Source of the DNA: Candidatus Sysuiplasma jiujiangense
Lineage (GTDB): Archaea; Thermoplasmatota; Thermoplasmata; Sysuiplasmatales; Sysuiplasmataceae
NCBI GenBank assembly: GCA_019721075.1
Contig: JAHEAD010000007.1
Span: forward strand, 62,001-98,149
Length of the DNA stretch: 36,149 nucleotides
Reading direction: 5' to 3'
Below the pieces are notes generated by a model that had not been told where the DNA came from, ran no database searches, and was given only the letters and a program-made list of their open reading frames with translations. Shown piece after piece: positions 29,353 to 36,149 of the stretch. A program made the position numbers and the translations under genes. Position 1 is the stretch's first letter. The number at the start of each line of letters is the position of its first letter.

Positions 29353-30237
29353 ATGGTCTGTAAACGCGATTTCAGGGGTTATGGGGAGAAGCCGCCCAAG
29401 TTCAAGTGGCCTGGGGGAAAGTCTCTCGCTCTTTCGATTGTTTTCAATTTTGAGGAAGGCGCAGAGCATTCAATGGAGGAAGACGGCGTCGTCGAGACGA
29501 TAGGTGAATTCGGTCCCGTAAATATTCAGACGAGAGACATGGGCATGGAGAGTGTTTACGAGTACGGTCAGAGGGTGGGAATATGGAGAATACTGAACTT
29601 CCTGCGGGACCAGGAGGTGAAGGCCACATTCTTTGCTGCAGCACGCGCGCTGGAAGTCAACCCTGAAGCCGCAAGGAGGATAATGGCTGACGGCCATGAA
29701 ATATGCGACCACGGGCTGAGGTGGAACGAACTTTACGGAATGAGCTACGAGCAGGAAACCAGGGAAATCGGGCAATCCGTAGCCTTGATAGAGAATATCA
29801 CCGGAAAAAAACCCGTCGGCTTCTATGCAAGGGAACCGAGCAGCAATACGCTTGAAATACTCTCCCATTTCAAAAATTTCATCTATGATTCGGACTCGTA
29901 CAGCGACGATATACCGTACTATTGCCGCGAAACAGGCATGCTGGTATTGCCATACACGCCTGACGCCAACGATTTTCACTTTCTCAGTCCAATGCACCGC
30001 TTTTCGACTAGCCATGAATTCGGTCAGTACCTCAGGGATACGTTTGACGTGCTTTACGAGGAATCCGCCCGGCAATCGAAAATGATGACTGCCGCATTTC
30101 ATGTGAGAGTGACGGGCAGGCCGGGCAGATTTGTCGCTTTGAGGGAGTTCCTCAAGTACGTCAAGCGGAACGATCGGACATGGATTGCTACCCGGGAGGA
30201 AATAGCCAGGTTCTGGCTTTCGGAGTTTCCACGGTGA
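29353..30237 (+). CDS. Polysaccharide deacetylase-fold amidohydrolase of the PuuE allantoinase type
   Basis: NFEEGAE, ES.YEYG.RVG.WRI, HE...HGLRW (the Glu-His-Trp signature of metal-independent PuuE), YDSDSY.DD.PY, PYT.D.ND and H.R..GRPGR. Confidence 0.88.
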   Translation: MVCKRDFRGYGEKPPKFKWPGGKSLALSIVFNFEEGAEHSMEEDGVVETIGEFGPVNIQTRDMGMESVYEYGQRVGIWRILNFLRDQEVKATFFAAARALEVNPEAARRIMADGHEICDHGLRWNELYGMSYEQETREIGQSVALIENITGKKPVGFYAREPSSNTLEILSHFKNFIYDSDSYSDDIPYYCRETGMLVLPYTPDANDFHFLSPMHRFSTSHEFGQYLRDTFDVLYEESARQSKMMTAAFHVRVTGRPGRFVALREFLKYVKRNDRTWIATREEIARFWLSEFPR

Positions 30238-30286
30238 GCAGGACACAGCTCGATCTACGCTGAAAGCTGAAAATGAAAGAGAAACC

Positions 30287-30750
30287 AGCATCCTCAAACG
30301 AATGAATTCACGGGATGCCTTGTGGCATCAGGAAGCGACCTCTCTGCCGCAGGCGGTTTGCAATTCGACGACCGGATCCTCATTCCGCTCCTGGAAGACA
30401 GGGCCCGATTTCCATGCGCGTTAATTCCGGCATGCACATCCTACTGTCTTCAGTGCCCCGCGGAGGATGTTTTTCAATGCGCTGACATCATGTCGTTCAT
30501 ATGTCCGCATGGACGCTGATAACCCCTGTCTCTGAGTGCGAGCAATACATCGGCTCTTCTGCCGCACATCAGGCATTGCTGCGCGGTGCCGGCTGTTTCC
30601 ACTTTGACGTACATCCACATGCCGTTGTTGCGTGGATGAATGACATTTGCTGTCACGAGGCGGACCGCGTATCTGCCATTGTATCATCCGGTGGCATGAA
30701 GTGGTTTGCATGCGGCGGGCAACTTCATCTCGGGTACACCGTCTTCCGCA
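30287..30750 (-). pseudogene. tnpB: Second, heavily frameshifted tnpB C-terminal relic with a degenerate right end
   Basis: Minus-strand fragments across frames: YVKVETAGTAQQCLMCG..LALRDRGYQ.PCGH / HDVSALKNILRGALKTVG / MPELTRMEIGP. These are followed by CCCGTGAATTCATTCGTTTGAGGATG, which resembles the right end at 16652-16682. Confidence 0.72.
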
Positions 30751-30754
30751 AATT

Positions 30755-32350
30755 TTACATGATCCTGTCTGGTTCATAACCTGAATAAGGACGCGCGTCC
30801 ATGTACCTGTTCCCGCTGATTACCGCCCATGTATAGAATGCGATGGAGACGACGGTGAATACGACAAGGTCGTAAGGAAATGGTATCATGTTGTTTCCGT
30901 GAAAATCCGAACTTCCCGTTGCCGAAATAACCATGACTGCTATGAAATAGACGAACAGCCACAAACCTCCTTTCAGTTCAGAGCTGTCTATCTTCACCAT
31001 CCTAGCGTGATAGAAGAAGAGCAACAGACCCACCATTACCGACGGAATGGCTATTTGCACTATGTTCCAGCCTGTCCAGTATATCAGCAGGCCGCCGATT
31101 ACGAAACCGACAGGACACAGGACGCTGGCAAGCGGGAGCCTGTAAGGCTCACTGCTGGCCCTGATATGTTTTCTGAAAACCATGAGGGAGACTCCTGCCG
31201 GACCGTAGGATACCAGCGATGCGTCAACGAAAACAAGAGCTATGCTGATAAACACGGGTATCATGAAAGTGTATATCGCGCTGACAATGAGGACAACAAT
31301 CACTGCAACGTAAGGTATTCCCCGTCTGCTCAGCTTGCCAAAAATCGGTGGAAGATATCTGTTCTCCGCGAGTGCGGCCATCACCCTAGCTGCGCCGCCG
31401 CTGTATATCAGCGACGAAGAGGCGGATGAGTGGATAGACGTTATGAATATGAAATAAGCCATGAGCACCAGCCCCGCCTCGAATCCGAGCGCAGGCAATG
31501 GAAAGGTCAGAGTACTCAGACCCTGCCAGTTACCTGGGTGCAGGCCGAAATAATGCCAGTTGATAGAGCCGACGAAAGCAACGGACAGCGATTCATAAAT
31601 GAGAAACGAGATGAAAATCGAGAGTGCGATTGCTATAGGAATGTCCCGTTTATGGTTCTTCAGTTCCTCTGCATAATCGATCGGCTGCCTAAATCCCGCA
31701 TAAGCATAGACCGTGGTTGCCACCGCTAGCAGTATGCCCGCGGAGTGGTAGGGGTTGAATCCTCCCGGGAAAATCGTGAAATTCGAAGGATGAAAGTAAA
31801 ACGCCAGGAAAAAGACACCTATGAACGCGAGTGAGAACAGCTTGAGCCATGTCAGGAACGAATTTGACTGATTCAGGTATGCTATGCCGAAATAGTTTCC
31901 TATGAAGAAAAGAAAAACTATGAACAGTGTCAGAAGCTCACCTTCAAAGGTCATTGTGCCTATCTTGAAATTAAAGAGCGGGCGGTAAAAATAACTCAAA
32001 TATTCGACTATTGCGACCGTTTCCGAAACCGGTGCAAGTATGTAGCCCAGAAAGGCTCCCCACCCGTTGAGTATTCCCGCCAGAGAACCGTTGGAGATGT
32101 GTGGATAGGATGCAACGCCCCCTGTCCTTGGCATGAGTGTCCCAAGTTCGGCGTAAATGAGACCGATCACAAGCATCATCAGTCCGCCGATGATCCATGC
32201 AACTGTACCTGCTGGCCCTGCATCCGCCAGAACCGTCACCGGAATGAACAGTATTGCGGAACCCAGAATTGCGCTTGTTGCGAGAAAGACCACGCCGAAG
32301 AGACCCACTTCTTTTTTGTATTTGCCAGCCCTGATATCTTCTGCTGCGAT
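30755..32350 (-). CDS. APC-superfamily amino acid/polyamine permease
   Basis: TM1 AILGSAILF, YAELG..MP.TGG...Y, YAYAGFR....AEE.KN.KRDIP.A and R...A.A....LP..F. First canonical start is GTG 32308, but the frame and an APC-like YKKEVGL motif extend upstream. Confidence 0.93.
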   Translation of the reverse strand: MAAEDIRAGKYKKEVGLFGVVFLATSAILGSAILFIPVTVLADAGPAGTVAWIIGGLMMLVIGLIYAELGTLMPRTGGVASYPHISNGSLAGILNGWGAFLGYILAPVSETVAIVEYLSYFYRPLFNFKIGTMTFEGELLTLFIVFLFFIGNYFGIAYLNQSNSFLTWLKLFSLAFIGVFFLAFYFHPSNFTIFPGGFNPYHSAGILLAVATTVYAYAGFRQPIDYAEELKNHKRDIPIAIALSIFISFLIYESLSVAFVGSINWHYFGLHPGNWQGLSTLTFPLPALGFEAGLVLMAYFIFITSIHSSASSSLIYSGGAARVMAALAENRYLPPIFGKLSRRGIPYVAVIVVLIVSAIYTFMIPVFISIALVFVDASLVSYGPAGVSLMVFRKHIRASSEPYRLPLASVLCPVGFVIGGLLIYWTGWNIVQIAIPSVMVGLLLFFYHARMVKIDSSELKGGLWLFVYFIAVMVISATGSSDFHGNNMIPFPYDLVVFTVVSIAFYTWAVISGNRYMDARPYSGYEPDRIM

Positions 32351-32578
32351 ATTATTGCCCCCCAGTTGTTACGCAAGTGGAATGCGCCCATGATAAACCT
32401 TGTCATATATATCATTTGTTGACTTCTTCCCGATCACCCATCACCCCCATCCACGTGTGCGCCGGAATATATTCTACAGTATCACAGCTCCGTCACGGGA
32501 AGCGATGCACACTATATCTGCGGCCGCGACATCCTGTATTCAAACACTGATGCTGCGCCCGCACCGGAAGTGTGTCCC

Positions 32579-33511
32579 TCAGAAATGCGGCGGGACGTAC
32601 GGCGTACCATTATTCCACAGTCCCGTCGCGAGGAATCCCTCGATTTCTCCAAGAATCCTTTTCCTGAGACGTTCTGGCACCAGCAATAGAATCCCGCCAC
32701 CTTTTCCGTCATTTCTAATGAGAGCATTCCTCAGGCGCTCTTCAGGCTGAATGAGGTACCCTCCCATCCCCCTCGATTTATATGTATCCTGGAGAAGATA
32801 GAATCTTCTGCTTTGGGAGGCAGTAGTGCTTCGAATAATGCCACCGGCGATGAGGAAATGGCCGACATTCCATTCATCCCTGCTCCTGCATTTCCCGCTT
32901 TTCAGAAAATCCATGATATCAATTATTGAACCCATGTTGCGGTTTGAACAAAGCATATTCATCTGCAGATTGAATATGACATGCATGCTGTCTGCAGGAA
33001 AATGCTTCCACAGCATATCAGTAAGGAGTGCGAAGTTGTGTCTCGAAAACTGTGTCTTCTGTCCGGTTCTGGAGGGTATCGGAATAACGGCAAACCTTCT
33101 GCCCAGTGTGGCTTCAGTTGCGGCCACGAGTCCTTCCACGCTTGTGCCCAGCTCGTCTGCCTGTCCAGAAACGCTTAACGGAACACTGTAGTATTTCTGG
33201 CGTATCTGTTCATCCATTCTGTTTTCATCCTTTCCGCTGAACCTGACGCTTATATTGTGTTCTTCCTCTGAAATCACTGTTCCGGACACCAGTGCGAGGC
33301 TGTCCTCTGTAATCTTGCTGTCACCGAGTCCCAGTGATCTCAGGATTTTCAGTAGCGAATACGGGCCGCAGGTCTCACTCTTCTGATCACGGAGTTCGTT
33401 GAAGATGCGGTGAAGTCGATCGAGTGTTTTCACCGGCCTGAATTCCAACTTCAGTGATTCTGTATCGTCCGCTTCAGATGAGTTCAAGAAATTTTTCAAC
33501 CTCCCATTCAT
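32579..33511 (-). CDS. Uncharacterised protein with a papain/C39-like Gln-Cys-His-Asp arrangement (possibly DUF6885 family, from recall)
   Basis: Q43-KSET-C48-G, GTS..GL..A, W.VG-H218-F and YLLQ-D242-TY. It overlaps the upstream GS-like gene. Confidence 0.8.
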   Translation of the reverse strand: MNGRLKNFLNSSEADDTESLKLEFRPVKTLDRLHRIFNELRDQKSETCGPYSLLKILRSLGLGDSKITEDSLALVSGTVISEEEHNISVRFSGKDENRMDEQIRQKYYSVPLSVSGQADELGTSVEGLVAATEATLGRRFAVIPIPSRTGQKTQFSRHNFALLTDMLWKHFPADSMHVIFNLQMNMLCSNRNMGSIIDIMDFLKSGKCRSRDEWNVGHFLIAGGIIRSTTASQSRRFYLLQDTYKSRGMGGYLIQPEERLRNALIRNDGKGGGILLLVPERLRKRILGEIEGFLATGLWNNGTPYVPPHF

Positions 33512-34832
33512 CCACGTTTCTGCGATAAGTATCCCATTCGGATTTCCTGACCTTCAGGTATTCTTCAAAGAAGGTGTTACCCATGGCATTTCGCAGAACA
33601 TTGTCTGCCTCTGCGAAATGTATGCTTTCAATTAGTGATGTCGGCAGCGTCTTCACCCCCCGTTTCTGAAGTTCGGCCGCATCGATTGATGAAGGATCGA
33701 AGGTCATCGGCTCTCCGGGATCCAGTTTTTCTTCTATGCCATGAATCCCGGCCGCGAGGACCGCGCCAAGGGCGATGTATGGGTTGGCAGAGCAGTCAGG
33801 CAACCTGAATTCTATCCTCTTTGCAGATATTGAACCCGACGGTATCGACGGAATCCTTATCGCAGCTCCCCTGTGATCGTATCCATAGGAGATGTGTGCA
33901 GGTGCCCAGCTTCCAGGAACAAGCCGTTTGTATGAGTTGGTAAGCGGATTCACGAATGCACACAGTGCATTCATGTGCTCCATCAGTCCGCCTGTGAAAT
34001 TATAGGCGGTTTCGCTCAATCCGAGACCTCTTCTGTCACTTTCATCATGAAATGCACTGCCGGATGTTTCTGCAAAGGAAAGGGAGATGTGCATGTGCAT
34101 GCCGCTTCCCGCAGATAAGGTGTCCACCTTCGGCATGAAAGATGCAATCATGGATCTCGATGAGCCCATGGACTTGATTACGCTTTTCAATGCAATCATG
34201 TTATCGGAGGCGCGGAGCGCATTGGTATGCTTTGTCGTAATTTCGACCTGCGAGCTGCCGTACTCCTTCTTGAAATGTTCCACCTCAATGCCCATGTTCC
34301 CGAGTGCGTTGCCCACATCAAGCAAAAAACCGTTCAACGTATCCAAGCTATGGCTTGACATGAGACTACCTTTGATGATTGGCGTCCTGTCCAGTCCGTA
34401 GAGATAGAATTCCGGCTCGAAGGAACAGAACGGTTTCAATCCCATTTTCTCCAGCCTTGAGATCATTCTGCGCAGAAAGAATCTCGGATCGGTCTCTGAT
34501 GGTGAAAGATCGGCGGGTTCGCACAGCTCTGCCTGCATTCTTCCCATGCCTGGGACATGCGGAAGCGCGGAATAAGTACTCAAATCCGGGATAAGCTTGA
34601 ATTCGGAAGACTGGGCGCCATACAAGCCATCCGGAGCGAGTCTGTCAAGCACGTTGAATGACTGCTGCGCCTTTGTAACCCCTATTCCCTCCATTATTGC
34701 TTTGTCGAGAAACTTCACGGAAGTGCCCATGCTTCTTAGAACGAGGTCAAAACCCATCCAGTCTATCTTGACTATGCGAACCCCATCCTTCTCGATGCGC
34801 TCCATTAATTTCGTGACCGTATCATTGTACAT
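33474..34832 (-). CDS. Glutamine synthetase-like protein, probable gamma-glutamyl-amide ligase
   Basis: FEPEFYL, EYG..QVEI, FMPK....GSGMHMH.SL, NSYKRLVPGSWAP, R.AAIRIP and RIEFRLPD..ANPY. Start placed at ATG 34832, about 20-25 nt after a TTTAAA box (the ORF track starts at 34892). Confidence 0.93.
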   Translation of the reverse strand: MYNDTVTKLMERIEKDGVRIVKIDWMGFDLVLRSMGTSVKFLDKAIMEGIGVTKAQQSFNVLDRLAPDGLYGAQSSEFKLIPDLSTYSALPHVPGMGRMQAELCEPADLSPSETDPRFFLRRMISRLEKMGLKPFCSFEPEFYLYGLDRTPIIKGSLMSSHSLDTLNGFLLDVGNALGNMGIEVEHFKKEYGSSQVEITTKHTNALRASDNMIALKSVIKSMGSSRSMIASFMPKVDTLSAGSGMHMHISLSFAETSGSAFHDESDRRGLGLSETAYNFTGGLMEHMNALCAFVNPLTNSYKRLVPGSWAPAHISYGYDHRGAAIRIPSIPSGSISAKRIEFRLPDCSANPYIALGAVLAAGIHGIEEKLDPGEPMTFDPSSIDAAELQKRGVKTLPTSLIESIHFAEADNVLRNAMGNTFFEEYLKVRKSEWDTYRRNVDEWEVEKFLELI

Positions 34833-35236
34833 CTTGGTTAACCTTTGTTGTTTTAAATTGATAGTGCTGATACCCCGGTTATTAGGCATCAATTACTCCG
34901 GTCTACGCGCAACCCGGCATTTTAATCTATGTGCTGGTTCGGTGGAATGGCGTATCAGACACCCTTGCCTAAAACCCGAGTTCGACAGGATTTTTAGCAT
35001 GATCGTTCGGGAATTTCACTTTCGAAATGTAGTAGTAACTGAGAAGGAGCACCTGCTCTTCTGAACGGAACTGGACTCTCTGCAGTGAATACCTCCTTTT
35101 CTGTGTCATGAGCTTCAGCAAGTGAGGAATGCCGTCCTGTGAGTTCTGTTGCGGTTAACCATGTGCGCGTCGAATCGCGCTTCTAAGCATTCTCGCTGAG
35201 AATGATGTTCTCGCATATACACTGAATATGCTCTCC

Positions 35237-35332
35237 GCTGTAACGGTGGAAAGGGGCTGTCCCGGTTGTTCCTCTCCTGCAGCCTCTTCACATCTATCTC
35301 GCGATGCGTTCTAAGAGATATGCAAGCACACA
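35237..35332 (-). repeat. Copy B of the diverged inverted repeat; probable transposase relic
   Basis: The reverse complement matches 28955-29056. It translates as CVLAYLLERI, then a frameshift, then EIDVKRLQE. Confidence 0.75.
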
Positions 35333-35402
35333 TGTGATACATGTGATACGTCACGTTTCCAGGAATCAACAACAGCAGTCATGCAATTCTCAATCCGGTC
35401 TT

Positions 35403-36017
35403 TCAATTTCGGGCTTGGCTCCTGAATCCGCGGGCCACGATGTAAGTCTCGGAACTCTGTTTCCTGCTTGCTGCAGGTTTTGAAGTCCTTACATTCTCAA
35501 ATCTCTCTGAGATTCTCTCGATTACTTCCCGGGATCTTCTTCCTTCAAACATCTTTGCGGCAAATGTTCCGCCGGCAACAAGCGCATCCTCAGCCACTTC
35601 CAGTGCCGCATTTACAAGCTCCACCGACTTCTCGTGATCGAGATCATAGTTCCCGCTGATATTCGGCGCCATGTCGGAAAGAACAACATCGGCATCTCCG
35701 CCTAGAGAATCTATTATCCTTGCACGCGTCTCCTTGTCTGTTATGTCTCCGCGTAGAATAATTGCGCCCTCAAGTTTTTTTATTGACGATATATCGACAC
35801 CTATTACTCTTCCCTTTTCTCCAGCTATTTCCAGCTCAACCTGGAGCCATCCCCCCGGCGCGGCTCCGAGGTCAAGGCACCGCATGCCTTCGAACATTAT
35901 GCTGAATTTAGCCTGAAGCTGCAGCAGCTTATACGCGGCTCTGCTTCGGTAGTTTTCTTTCTTGGCCTTAAGGTAGTATGTATCCCTTTTCCTCTCCCTC
36001 ATCCAGCGCTTTCCCAA
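35403..36017 (-). CDS. rlmE: 23S rRNA Um2552 methyltransferase RlmE/FtsJ
   Basis: YRSRAAYKL, LDLGAAPGGW, VLSDMAP, K.F.G and KP.ASR..S.E.Y (K-D-K-E tetrad). Confidence 0.96.
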   Translation of the reverse strand: MGKRWMRERKRDTYYLKAKKENYRSRAAYKLLQLQAKFSIMFEGMRCLDLGAAPGGWLQVELEIAGEKGRVIGVDISSIKKLEGAIILRGDITDKETRARIIDSLGGDADVVLSDMAPNISGNYDLDHEKSVELVNAALEVAEDALVAGGTFAAKMFEGRRSREVIERISERFENVRTSKPAASRKQSSETYIVARGFRSQARN

Positions 36018-36149
36018 AGCTCAGATCACCGTTCCACGAAACTTACCCACTTATTCCGTTGGATGTGGTGTTCATTTCCTGAATCACAGGCGGGCACTGA
36101 GCACACGGCTCTGTAACCTCCCGCCTCAAACAGGCGTTTAAACTCTCCG

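Noticed and set aside
30421..30777. Cys-rich ORFs (118 aa and 60 aa) suggesting a Zn-finger protein
   Set aside because: They are better explained as frameshifted pieces of a tnpB relic.
1..36149. CRISPR array or cas genes
   Set aside because: I saw no regularly spaced direct repeats. The only RuvC-like sequences are the two tnpB relics.

Overview
Archaeal chromosomal segment. The archaeal-type EF-1A/EF-2, TgtA, Pcc1, Pth2 and intron-containing tRNAs show this. A Thermoplasmatota-like host is my impression from the proteins and is not verified. The left half is mostly housekeeping: lig, MscS, sucCD, TsaC, map, MtaB, thrB, and a rps12-rps7-fusA / tuf-rps10 cluster split by a LysE gene. The window has three tRNAs: Gln-UUG, Ser-GCU with intron, Leu-UAA with intron. 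EF-2 carries a 317-aa intein in its P-loop. A decayed IS200/IS605 tnpB and a divergent arsRC / arsDA cluster with no efflux pump lie between rps12 and tRNA-Leu. The right half holds ALDH, DUF99, pth2, tgtA, pcc1, a membrane protein-wHTH pair opposite a secreted protein, and a peroxiredoxin. It also holds a ~6.4-kb accessory block bracketed by two inverted, diverged ~100-bp transposase-like relics. That block contains a GS-like gamma-glutamyl ligase, an uncharacterised papain/C39-like Cys-His-Asp protein, an APC permease, a second tnpB relic and a PuuE-type amidohydrolase. It is the best candidate for an undescribed system, followed by the EF-2 intein.
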